A DNA stretch of 48,526 nucleotides from an uncultured Verrucomicrobiota bacterium (GTDB taxonomy: Bacteria; Verrucomicrobiota; Kiritimatiellia; CAIKKV01; CAITUY01), in assembly GCA_964568965.1 (NCBI GenBank), contig CAZMSS010000002.1:1-48526 (forward strand). Reading direction: 5' to 3'. The translations under genes were made by a program, and so were the position numbers. This document shows, in pieces, positions 8,187-18,034 of the stretch (position 1 is the first letter of the stretch; each line of letters opens with the position of its first letter). The notes below the pieces were generated by a model. The model searched no databases. It saw nothing but the letters and a program-made list of their open reading frames with translations, and was not told where the DNA came from.

Positions 8187-9644
8187 TCAGCCCTGGGAAT
8201 CACCAAAGAAACCGAAGTAATTTCTGGCATTGTTGTAACAGATGTCTTCCACCATCCGGCCCACCAGCGGCATGTCATCCGGAATGCGCCCGCGAGCCAT
8301 ATCGTCCCCCAGGATGTTGCACAGCAGGCGCCGGAAATACTCATGCCGCGCATAGGACAGGAATGACCGGCTGTCGGTCAGCATGCCGACGAACCGGCTG
8401 AGCAGTCCGAGCTGGGAGAGCGCCTCGATCTGCCGGGTCATTCCGTCAAGCTGGTCCATGAACCACCACGCGCTGCCGAACTGCATCTTGCCCGGCGTGA
8501 CCCCGTCCTGATAATTCCCGATCATGGTGGCGATCAGTTCATTATCGCGGGGATTGATATTATACAGGATGGTCTTGGGCAGTTTCCCGATGCGGTCGAG
8601 CCGGTTAAAATGCCCGGCCATTCCCTCCCCCGTCGGCCAGTCTCCGATGGAATCGAATCCGGTGTCCGGGCCGAGCGCGGCGAACTGCCGGCTGCTGTTG
8701 TTGCGCAGCACCCCGTAATGCACCTGCATCGTCCACCCTTTTTCCGCATCCATCACGGCCAGCTCATCAAGCATGAAGGACTGGAACGCGAGGGCCTCGG
8801 CGGGCAGAACCGGCCTCCCGGCGCGGGCTTTTGCAAAGAGGGTTGCCGCGTGCCCCGGCGTGCAGTCTTCGGCCGGAAAGAAGCTGATCCCGCGGTCGGA
8901 TAGGCGGCACCCATGGGCATGAAAGACATCGTGGCGCTTCCGAAGCGCCGCCATGAACCCGTCAAGGTCGCGGATGTCCGCATCCACAGACGCGGCAAGC
9001 TTGTCCGTCCACGCATTGAACACCGCAGGATTGGCCACCGCCCAGCACTTGTCGGGACGCCAGGTCGGGCGCACTTGAACCGGAAACGGCATTCGAGATT
9101 TACGATCCGAGATTTGAGATTGCTCCTGGGCGATGGCGTGGTGGTGCTCCAGGGAATCCACGGGATCGTCGGTGGTGCAGACGACCTCGACCTTCGCCTG
9201 CTTCATCAGCCCGCGGGCGGAGAAAGCCGGAGAGGCAATGACCTTGAGCGAGTCGTTCCAGATGGAGTCGGCCGTGGCGGGCGACAGCAGCCGGTCGTCA
9301 ATGCCGAAAGCCTTCTTCAGCTCCAGGTGCGACCAATGGTAGAGGGGATTCCGCAGCGCCTGCGGCATGAGTTCGGCGTACTTGTCGAATTTCTCGCGGT
9401 CGGAGGCATTGCCGGTGCAATACCGCTCCGCGATCCCGGCCGTGCGCATCTGGCGCCACTTGTAATGGTCGCCATTCAGCCAGACCTGCGCAATGTTATC
9501 CCACCGCTTGTCACACGCAATTTCAGCGGGCGGGAGATGACAGTGGTAATCGATGATGGGAAGGCCTGCGGCATGATTATGGTACAACTCGCGGGCCTGC
9601 TTCGTCTCCAACAAGAAATCCTCGCCGATAAAGGTGTCTGCCAT
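8187..9644 (-). CDS. uxaC: Glucuronate isomerase (uronate isomerase)
   Basis: 485 aa. The N-terminus F..EDFLL....A..LYH..A..LPIIDYHCHL....I......NI...WL.GDHYKWR.MR..G is the classic UxaC signature. Confidence 0.9.
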   Translation of the reverse strand: MADTFIGEDFLLETKQARELYHNHAAGLPIIDYHCHLPPAEIACDKRWDNIAQVWLNGDHYKWRQMRTAGIAERYCTGNASDREKFDKYAELMPQALRNPLYHWSHLELKKAFGIDDRLLSPATADSIWNDSLKVIASPAFSARGLMKQAKVEVVCTTDDPVDSLEHHHAIAQEQSQISDRKSRMPFPVQVRPTWRPDKCWAVANPAVFNAWTDKLAASVDADIRDLDGFMAALRKRHDVFHAHGCRLSDRGISFFPAEDCTPGHAATLFAKARAGRPVLPAEALAFQSFMLDELAVMDAEKGWTMQVHYGVLRNNSSRQFAALGPDTGFDSIGDWPTGEGMAGHFNRLDRIGKLPKTILYNINPRDNELIATMIGNYQDGVTPGKMQFGSAWWFMDQLDGMTRQIEALSQLGLLSRFVGMLTDSRSFLSYARHEYFRRLLCNILGDDMARGRIPDDMPLVGRMVEDICYNNARNYFGFFGDSQG

Positions 9645-9650
9645 ACGATC

Positions 9651-10952
9651 CTACTCCCCGTCTGAGAAATTCCCGCGGCAGGACCAGAGACCCAGTGCGG
9701 GGTTGCTGATAAAGTACACCTTCTCGCCCGCGACCTGATTGACCCCGTCAACCAGGGAACACGGCGGATAGCGATCCAACATGGCCTTCAGGTCCCCGTA
9801 CCCGTAACCGACCGACTCGATTTCCTGCCGGCTCAGGCGGCCGGGACAGTACGTCACCGAAAACCGGCCCTCGGTGGAGCCGTGGATGAGGTGGGCGGCG
9901 GCGGAGAGGTTGTTGCGCAACTCCTCATGCTCCGCAACGCACCGGAGGGTATGGGGTGTTCCCTTGTAACCGTAGCACCGGATCAGGCGGTCGATTTCGC
10001 GATCCTCGCCGAACTCCTTGAGGCCGGGCGCCAGAATGATGAGCTCCCCCGCGTCGGCGATGGCCATGCGGGTTCGGTATATGGCCTTGTTGCCCAGCCA
10101 GGTGGAGCGGAATTCCTCGGGATCCAGCCAGACGACCACCTTCGCGAGGGGTTCGTCCAGCAGGGTGATGTTGACCTTGCGGCATAGCCGGCACGCCTCC
10201 TGGAAGAGCGCGTCGCCGTTGCCGGCGTAAAACCCGCGCATCTTCATCCGCCCGGCCGCGTGGTCGCGTTCCATCACGGTGAGGATATACTGGATCGGGA
10301 GTCCGCCCAGGAAGGTCGAAACGCCATGATTGAAGAGGCGGCGCACCGGGGTGTCGGCGTGGCCAAGCGCCTTCTCCATATTGCAGACGGCTCCCAGGAA
10401 ATGCGACTTGTTGATCGTCTCGGCGCCGCCGACGCCAACCAGCACGTTCTTGGTGTAGTTTGCCATCCCCGCCACTTCATGAGGGACCACCTGGCCGATG
10501 GAGAGGATAAGATCATAGCCGGAAAACAGCCGCCGGTTCACCTCGATGTTGACGGCGTAATCCACGCGCCCCCCGGACCACTCCCGGAGTTGGTCGCCGG
10601 GAATGATCCCGCGGGAAACCACATCGTTGCGCCAGTCATGGGGCAGAAATCGTTCCAGCGGAATGCTATCGCCGAACATCATCCTCAACTCCGCCTCGCC
10701 CATCGGGGCATGAGTCCCGAGCGCGGGCATGATGTCCGTCTGCGCCCCCCAGCCGGACAGCAGCCGGTAGGCGATGGCGGTGACCGGCCCGGCCATGGAA
10801 TTGAGCCGTGTGTGATCCGGCGGCAGGAGCAGCACCCGGCGGAGTTTCCCCCCGCCGAATCGCTCCATCGCCTGAGTCACCAACCGCTCCAGTTCATCCC
10901 CCTGGATGTCGAGCGTCTCGCCGGCCTTTATTATGAGGTTCGTGTCCATCAA
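9651..10952 (-). CDS. LarA-family (nickel-pincer dependent 2-hydroxyacid racemase/epimerase) homologue
   Basis: 433 aa. By-eye alignment to L. plantarum LarA gives RRVLLLPPDHTRL (the DHTR His), ALGTHAP, and LILSIGQVVPHEVAGMANYTKNV...INKSH. These match the positions of the His and Lys (cofactor-tethering) residues and a second His. Confidence 0.65.
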   Translation of the reverse strand: MMDTNLIIKAGETLDIQGDELERLVTQAMERFGGGKLRRVLLLPPDHTRLNSMAGPVTAIAYRLLSGWGAQTDIMPALGTHAPMGEAELRMMFGDSIPLERFLPHDWRNDVVSRGIIPGDQLREWSGGRVDYAVNIEVNRRLFSGYDLILSIGQVVPHEVAGMANYTKNVLVGVGGAETINKSHFLGAVCNMEKALGHADTPVRRLFNHGVSTFLGGLPIQYILTVMERDHAAGRMKMRGFYAGNGDALFQEACRLCRKVNITLLDEPLAKVVVWLDPEEFRSTWLGNKAIYRTRMAIADAGELIILAPGLKEFGEDREIDRLIRCYGYKGTPHTLRCVAEHEELRNNLSAAAHLIHGSTEGRFSVTYCPGRLSRQEIESVGYGYGDLKAMLDRYPPCSLVDGVNQVAGEKVYFISNPALGLWSCRGNFSDGE

Positions 10953-10958
10953 CGGAAA

Positions 10959-12419
<1,461 letters not shown>

Positions 12420-12457
12420 GTTTTATTTCCTTTGGTTTTGTATGTGTTGATAAAGAA

Positions 12458-13351
12458 TCAGTTTCCCCAATGGGGGTCCGCCGGCAGGGCGGCCTCGAAT
12501 TCGGAAACCAGCCGGCTCTGGTACTCCCCCGAGAAGGAGCCGTTGAAGAATCGCTTCAGGCCCTCGCCCGCGAGCTCCGCCCAGGATTGCTCCTCGCGGC
12601 CGGGAATGATCGGGAAGAACAGCGCCTGGTTGCTGTCGGCGGCCTTGCGGTCTCCGGGAGCGTCGCCGACCATCAGCACCTTCCCCTGCGCGTAATGCCC
12701 CTTAGCCGCATGCCCGAGGTGCTCGGTCTTGGTGCCATGCTCCTGGCCGGCAATGAGACTGACGGCGCCGCGGATGCCCGCCTCCTCCCATTCACGCTCC
12801 AGGGCCTCAAGGGGGGTCTGGGACACCACGATCATGTCGGCCTTGCCGGTGGCGGCGGCAAGCACCTCGCGCACACCCGGAAAAGGCGGAATCCCGAAGA
12901 CCATATCCTCAATGCGACGGTTGACTTCCAGGCTCCACTCCAGCAGGCGTTTCATTTCAACCGTGGGGGATTCGGCCACATGCATCTTGAGCGCCGGGTT
13001 CCCCAGCTTGGTTTCAACCTTGAGCCAGGCGGAAAGCTCGGCGGTATCCGCCAACTTCACGCCCCGCTGGGCAAACTGGGCGCGCTGCCGCATCAGCAGG
13101 AACGCCTTCTCCACCGCGAGGAAACGGTTGCACCCGCGATCCTTGCTATAGAGGTTCACAAATTCCCAGGTCTCGCGGGCATACTTGCTCGCGGCCTGAA
13201 GACCGAAATGCTTGATGAAGGCCGGACAGAAGCACTCCTTCTGCTTGATCTCCATCGAGTCGAACACACAGCCGTCGCTGTCAAACCCGATGAACATCCC
13301 GTGCTTTCGGGGCAATTCCACCAACTGTCTCACATGCTGATCCATACTCAT
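12458..13351 (-). CDS. HAD-superfamily hydrolase (phosphatase-like), substrate unknown
   Basis: 297 aa. HAD motif I is FDSDGCVFD, with a later VSQTP and a late GD..GD motif. Its ATG overlaps the pfp stop (ATGA). Confidence 0.65.
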   Translation of the reverse strand: MSMDQHVRQLVELPRKHGMFIGFDSDGCVFDSMEIKQKECFCPAFIKHFGLQAASKYARETWEFVNLYSKDRGCNRFLAVEKAFLLMRQRAQFAQRGVKLADTAELSAWLKVETKLGNPALKMHVAESPTVEMKRLLEWSLEVNRRIEDMVFGIPPFPGVREVLAAATGKADMIVVSQTPLEALEREWEEAGIRGAVSLIAGQEHGTKTEHLGHAAKGHYAQGKVLMVGDAPGDRKAADSNQALFFPIIPGREEQSWAELAGEGLKRFFNGSFSGEYQSRLVSEFEAALPADPHWGN

Positions 13352-14643
13352 TTGCCCTTCCGATTCCCCTCCGGCACATAAGCCGCCAGCTTCTTGGCCG
13401 CATAGACCGGCTTGAACTGCGTGAACCGCTGGCGCCCGCCCTGGGTCGGCACCGAAGGCCAGTCCTCGCCGATAAGCGGCTGGGCATAGCGGACAAACTC
13501 ATCCGTCACATCCGTCCCGCCGGGCGCGATCCAGTTCTTCGGGAAAGTGCGCTCGGAATTGGCAACCCGCTCCAGCGGGGCCTTGTCGTACCGGACCTGG
13601 TAGATGAGGCCGGGCTCGCGCAGGATCGTGGACATGAAGCCCCCCTCCCCGTTCACGGCCAACTCCACCGCCTTCTGTCCGCACCGGTAGGCCTCGTCGA
13701 GGTCCACGATCGAGGCATAGATGGCCGTGGAACGCTGATCCGTCCCGAAGACCTGCCCGCGCGCCGCGCCGGAGGCCTTGATTCCGTGGTCGTTCAGGTA
13801 ATTTACCAGCATCTGCTGGGCGGTGGTCTTGCTGGCGCCAAAGGTGGCATGGCCGAATTTGTCCTTGAGGGCGCCCAGGTCACCGACATCGCACCCCTCG
13901 CTGAGAACCACGACGGCGCGGCCGCGGGCGGCCACCATCTCATTCGTCTTCTCGGCCATCTCCGCCAGGGACAAGCCGGCTTCGGCCAGGAATATCAACA
14001 GGGGCATCTCCCGCCTGGGGTCGGCGAGGCGGGCGGCGGCGGGAATGTAACCGATCTTGCGCCCCATCGCCTGCAGGACCAGCACGGGATCCGCGGGATA
14101 GGAGCCGCGGTTCTCCTCCTCGGCATTCTGAACAATCATGGTCCAGTAGCGCGCCACGGACCCATACCCCGGGGTGTGGTCGATGAGTTTGAAGTCACTG
14201 TCGCCGACATCGTTGTCTATCGTCTTGGGAACGCCGATGCCCACCAGGTCGAGCCCCCGTTCCCGGGCCAGCTTCGCGATCTTGTTGGCGGTATCCATGG
14301 AGTCGTTCCCCCCCGTGTAAAGGAAATAGCCGATGTTGTGGGCCCGCAGCACCTCGACAACGCGCTCGAAGTCCTCCTTCTGGCTGGATTTGATCTTATA
14401 GCGACAGGTGCCGATCGCGCCGGCGGCGGGAGTCCAGCGGAGCAGGGCAACCTCCTCCTCGGACTGGACGGAGAGGTCGAGCAGGTCCTCGGTCAGGACC
14501 CCCTCGATCCCATGCCAACCGGCATAGACCCGGTCAACCTGACCCGGGTACCCGCGGGCCGCCTCGATGACGCCGCGCAATGAACTGTTGATGACCGGCG
14601 ACGGCCCGCCGGATTGGGCAATGAGCAAGTTCTTCCTGGCCAT
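13348..14643 (-). CDS. pfp: Phosphofructokinase, probably PPi-dependent (diphosphate--fructose-6-phosphate 1-phosphotransferase)
   Basis: 431 aa. N-terminus is LLIAQSGGPSPVIN. It has GGNDS where ATP-PFKs have GGDGS, and GVPKTIDND (Lys) where ATP-PFKs have Gly. Asp and Lys at these two positions are the known PPi-specificity markers. Confidence 0.8.
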   Translation of the reverse strand: MARKNLLIAQSGGPSPVINSSLRGVIEAARGYPGQVDRVYAGWHGIEGVLTEDLLDLSVQSEEEVALLRWTPAAGAIGTCRYKIKSSQKEDFERVVEVLRAHNIGYFLYTGGNDSMDTANKIAKLARERGLDLVGIGVPKTIDNDVGDSDFKLIDHTPGYGSVARYWTMIVQNAEEENRGSYPADPVLVLQAMGRKIGYIPAAARLADPRREMPLLIFLAEAGLSLAEMAEKTNEMVAARGRAVVVLSEGCDVGDLGALKDKFGHATFGASKTTAQQMLVNYLNDHGIKASGAARGQVFGTDQRSTAIYASIVDLDEAYRCGQKAVELAVNGEGGFMSTILREPGLIYQVRYDKAPLERVANSERTFPKNWIAPGGTDVTDEFVRYAQPLIGEDWPSVPTQGGRQRFTQFKPVYAAKKLAAYVPEGNRKGK

Positions 14644-14774
14644 CTTGTCAAGTCTCCTGATTCCGTTGATCGCGATCGCTAAAGATAGGGGGTCAAGGCC
14701 TTTTCCACAATGAGAAATAATAGCTGAACGGATGATAATTGCGAATCCTCCCGAGCTTTAATACCATCCCGCCC

Positions 14775-15737
14775 ATGTCTCATTCAGGTACCAGCGGAAC
14801 GGCCTTTCTCTATCATCCGGGCTTCCAGAAGCACCAGACCGGCTGGGCTCATCCCGAAAAGCGCCAGCGGCTCACCGTCATCCTGGAGGGGCTAAAACAG
14901 GCAGGGCTCTGGGATCTGCTCCTGCACCCCGCCGTCCGGGCGGCCACCGTGGCGGACCTGACGACCATCCATGACCCGCTTTATGTCGAACGGATCCGGA
15001 CAGCCTGTGAAGCCGGGGGGCTGTTTGAACCCGACGATGTCACAATCGGCTCGCCGGGCACCTATGAGGCCGCCCTGACCGCCGCCGGGGCGGTCCTGAC
15101 CGCCCTGGATGCCGTGATCGGCGGCCAAGCCGTCAATGCCTTCTGCGCCGTGCGCCCGCCGGGACATCACGCGGAGCGGGACCGGGCCATGGGGTTCTGC
15201 TTTTTCAACAACATCGCCATCGGCGCAAAATACCTTCAGCGGCACCACGGGATCGGGCGGGTGGCCATTGTTGACTGGGATGTGCACCACGGGAACGGCA
15301 CGCAGCAGGCCTTCTATGATGACCCGTCCGTCCTGTATTTCAGTATCCACCAGTACCCTCTCTACCCGCAAAGCGGGCGGGCCTGTGAAACAGGAAGCGG
15401 TGGCGGAAAAGGGTTCACCGTAAATTGTCCCCTTGCGGCCGGCGCCACCGACACCGATTACCGCCTGGTGTTCCAGAACGACCTGGGGCCCGCGCTGGAG
15501 CGCTTCCGGCCGGAGTTCATCCTGGTCTCGGCTGGTTTTGACGCCCACCGTGACGATCCGCTCGCGGGCATGGCACTCACGGAGGAGGGCTTCGGGGACC
15601 TCACACGCCTGGTCATGGAGATGGCCGCGCAACACTGTGGAAGGCGCCTCGTTTCGGTCCTGGAGGGCGGCTACGACCTCAACGCGCTTGCGTCTTCCGT
15701 TGCGGCCCACGTCGGGGCCCTTCTGGAAGCGTCATGA
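14775..15737 (+). CDS. Histone-deacetylase-family amidohydrolase (acetylpolyamine amidohydrolase / AcuC-like)
   Basis: Shows RPPGHHA, GFCFFNN, VAIVDWDVHHGNGTQ and SAGFDAH..DPL. The start was moved from the track's TTG at 14739 to the ATG at 14775. This is the only credible plus-strand gene in the window. Confidence 0.85.
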   Translation: MSHSGTSGTAFLYHPGFQKHQTGWAHPEKRQRLTVILEGLKQAGLWDLLLHPAVRAATVADLTTIHDPLYVERIRTACEAGGLFEPDDVTIGSPGTYEAALTAAGAVLTALDAVIGGQAVNAFCAVRPPGHHAERDRAMGFCFFNNIAIGAKYLQRHHGIGRVAIVDWDVHHGNGTQQAFYDDPSVLYFSIHQYPLYPQSGRACETGSGGGKGFTVNCPLAAGATDTDYRLVFQNDLGPALERFRPEFILVSAGFDAHRDDPLAGMALTEEGFGDLTRLVMEMAAQHCGRRLVSVLEGGYDLNALASSVAAHVGALLEAS

Positions 15738-16901
15738 CAGCCGGTTGCGGTAATCCTCATACCCGAACCGGCGCACCACCTCGATCTGCCCGGCACCCGG
15801 ATGATAAAGGGCAATGGACGGCAGTCCCACCCCGTTGAAGGTGTTATTTTTGACCATGGTATAGTGCGCCATGTCCAGGAACACCAGCTTGTCGCCCACC
15901 GCGAGCGGGGCCGTGAAGGAATAGTCACCGATCACGTCCCCCGCCAGGCAGGTCATCCCCCCGAGCCGGTAGGTGTGGGGATGCTCCCCCGGCTGTCCCG
16001 CGCCGACAATCTGTGGACGGTAGGGCATCTCAAGAACATCGGGCATATGGGCCGCCGCCGAGGTATCGAGGATCGCGATATCCATGGCGTTGTGGACAAT
16101 ATCCAGCACCGAAGCGACCAGCACCCCGGTATTGAGCGCGATGGCCTCGCCCGGCTCCAGAAAAACCTCGAGGTGGGGATGGCGTTCGCGGAACCCCCCG
16201 ATCACCCGGCAGAGACGTTCCACGTCATAGTCCGCCCGCGTGATATGGTGGCCGCCGCCGAAGTTGATCCACTGCATCCCCTTGAAAAAGCCGCCGAACT
16301 TCTCCTCCACGACAGGCAGGGTGCGCTCCAGCGCGTCCGAGTTCAGCTCGCAAAGGGTGTGAAAATGCAGGCCGCTGAGGCCGGAGAGATCCTGTCCCTC
16401 AAACTGGTCGCGAGTGACGCCGAGTCGGGAGCCCGGGGCGCAGGGATCATAAAGCGCCACCTTGACTTCCGAATGCTGGGGATTGATCCGGATGCCGCAA
16501 CGGACCGGTTTTCCGGAAGCCGACACCAGCGGCTTGTAGCGACGCCACTGGGCAAAGGAATTGAAGACCATGTGGTTGGCATAGCCCAGCACCTCGGCGA
16601 ATTCGTCCCCGCGGTACGCCGGCGCGTAGACATGCACTTCCCCCCCGAATTCCTCAAAGGCCAGGCGTGCCTCGTTAAGCGAACTTGCCGCCGCCCCCTT
16701 CAGCACCTTCCGGATTTGCGGAAAGGTGCTGAACATGGAAAACCCCTTGAGTGCCAGCAGGATTTTACACCCCGTCCGGGATTGCACCTCGTCCAAGCGT
16801 TTCAGGTTCGCCGCCAGTTTTCCTTCATCCACCACATAACACGGTGTTACCAGTTTGCTCACATCCATAGTCTTCCCCTGTCCCGCCTCACCGCCCGGCA
16901 T
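15732..16901 (-). CDS. nspC: Carboxynorspermidine/carboxyspermidine decarboxylase
   Basis: 389-aa ORF. TPCYVVDE.KL..NL, KILLALKGFSMF, SSLNEARL..EEFGGEVHVY.PAY and MVFNS..Q match NspC/CASDC. An alternative start is at 16868 (MDVSK..., preceded by AGGGGAAG). Confidence 0.85.
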   Translation of the reverse strand: MPGGEAGQGKTMDVSKLVTPCYVVDEGKLAANLKRLDEVQSRTGCKILLALKGFSMFSTFPQIRKVLKGAAASSLNEARLAFEEFGGEVHVYAPAYRGDEFAEVLGYANHMVFNSFAQWRRYKPLVSASGKPVRCGIRINPQHSEVKVALYDPCAPGSRLGVTRDQFEGQDLSGLSGLHFHTLCELNSDALERTLPVVEEKFGGFFKGMQWINFGGGHHITRADYDVERLCRVIGGFRERHPHLEVFLEPGEAIALNTGVLVASVLDIVHNAMDIAILDTSAAAHMPDVLEMPYRPQIVGAGQPGEHPHTYRLGGMTCLAGDVIGDYSFTAPLAVGDKLVFLDMAHYTMVKNNTFNGVGLPSIALYHPGAGQIEVVRRFGYEDYRNRLS

Positions 16902-17392
16902 CAGGCCGGCTCCAGCAATTCAATTCCAACTTCAACAGCCAGCGCCCGCCCGATCATATCCACGTTGAGCACCACCTTGGTCCGGCCCTTGACGGTCTGA
17001 ACCACTCCCTCCAGCCCCTGGAAGGGACCGTTCCGGATCAGCACCCGTTTGCCCGCCTGGAATGCCGCGCAGGCGTCCAGGGTCGGGTCAACACTCAAGG
17101 CCAGGCGGATCTGGTCGAGCTCCCGGACCAACTGCGCCTGGTTTTCCACCGGCAGGATCCGGACGATCATGTTGCTCTTGAGGAGCGTGACCTTCTCCGC
17201 GGCTGAATATTTAAGAAACACATAGCCGGGAAAGACGGGTTTATGGACGGTGACTTTTCGGCGCTGATAGATCTTGGTCTCGGACCGCAGCGGCAAATCG
17301 AAGACAAGCGCATTTGCCACGCAGTATTCCCCTAGCTTTTTCTCACACCGGGGCTTGGCATGCACCACATACCAGCGGGGGAGATCCCCCAT
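16901..17392 (-). CDS. Specialised NusG paralogue (RfaH/UpxY/LoaP-like antiterminator): NGN plus KOW domains
   Basis: NGN domain: RWYVVHAKPRCEKK...VHKPVFPGYVFLKY. KOW domain: GKRVLIRNGPFQGLEGVVQ. It is distinct from the housekeeping nusG at 46920. Start chosen at the ATG at 17392 (AGGA 8 nt upstream). In-frame ATGs at 17422 and 17434 are also possible. Confidence 0.7.
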   Translation of the reverse strand: MGDLPRWYVVHAKPRCEKKLGEYCVANALVFDLPLRSETKIYQRRKVTVHKPVFPGYVFLKYSAAEKVTLLKSNMIVRILPVENQAQLVRELDQIRLALSVDPTLDACAAFQAGKRVLIRNGPFQGLEGVVQTVKGRTKVVLNVDMIGRALAVEVGIELLEPA

Positions 17393-17439
17393 ACCCGCAT
17401 CCTGAACTTTGTCTTGCACCATGAAGCACCCCATCCGGC

Positions 17440-17955
17440 CTATTCCGTACGCTTTTCCGCGGAACCGGTCAAGGTGATCTCGCATCCCAGCATCTGGTCG
17501 CCACCGAAAAGAAACCGACCCAGGAAGGGTTGCCCCGTCAGGGCCAGGGGCATCCAGACCCGGTCATCGGCCCACATATTATGATAGGGGATTTCAGACA
17601 CGGGGAACCAGAGTGGCACCGCCTCGCGGGTTTCCTGCGGATCCCCCGACATCCCGGTCGCCGTGAACACATATCCCTGGATTGAATGGCCGTCGACAAA
17701 CTGGAACCACAGCTCGCCCGCAGGGTGGACTCCGGACGGCGTGACGCAAATTTCCTCCTCCACTTCCCGGATGGCGGCCTGCAGGGGAGTTTCCCCGGAT
17801 TCGATGCGGCCCCCGGGCCCGTTAAATTTTCCAGCCCCGAGGCCGAGCTTCTTGTGGATCAGGAGGATCCGGCCATCACGAATGATGAACAGGAGCGTCG
17901 CCCTCTCGCGAGGACGCCACGCCTGCCAGTCAATATCGCCGTATTTCATGGGCAT
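17440..17955 (-). CDS. NUDIX hydrolase, MTH1/MutT-like (oxidised purine NTP pyrophosphatase)
   Basis: NUDIX box is GKFNGPGGRIESGETPLQAAIREVEEEICV. The C-terminal WFPVSEIPYHNMWADDRVWMPL resembles MTH1 (WF..D.IPF.DMWPDD.YWFPL). Start set at the ATG at 17955, since the track's GTG at 18015 would read through a terminator hairpin. Confidence 0.8.
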   Translation of the reverse strand: MPMKYGDIDWQAWRPRERATLLFIIRDGRILLIHKKLGLGAGKFNGPGGRIESGETPLQAAIREVEEEICVTPSGVHPAGELWFQFVDGHSIQGYVFTATGMSGDPQETREAVPLWFPVSEIPYHNMWADDRVWMPLALTGQPFLGRFLFGGDQMLGCEITLTGSAEKRTE

Positions 17956-17986
17956 AAAAAAAGACGCCGATATTGCTATCGGCGTC
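17956..17986 (-). terminator. Rho-independent terminator closing the rpsM-rpsK-rpsD-rpoA-rplQ unit
   Basis: Perfect 10-bp stem gacgccgata/tatcggcgtc (17963-17972 / 17977-17986) with a 4-nt loop. On the minus strand it is followed by U7 (17962-17956). It lies 48 nt after the rplQ stop. Confidence 0.75.
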
Positions 17987-18034
17987 AATGAACGGTGATC
18001 TCTCCGGATCCCCACCCGTGGACTAACCTGCGGA

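Noticed and set aside
17956-18015. N-terminal extension of the NUDIX ORF from the GTG at 18015
   Set aside because: It would translate through a perfect 10-bp hairpin plus U7 terminator and has no SD. The homology to MTH1-like proteins begins after the ATG at 17955.
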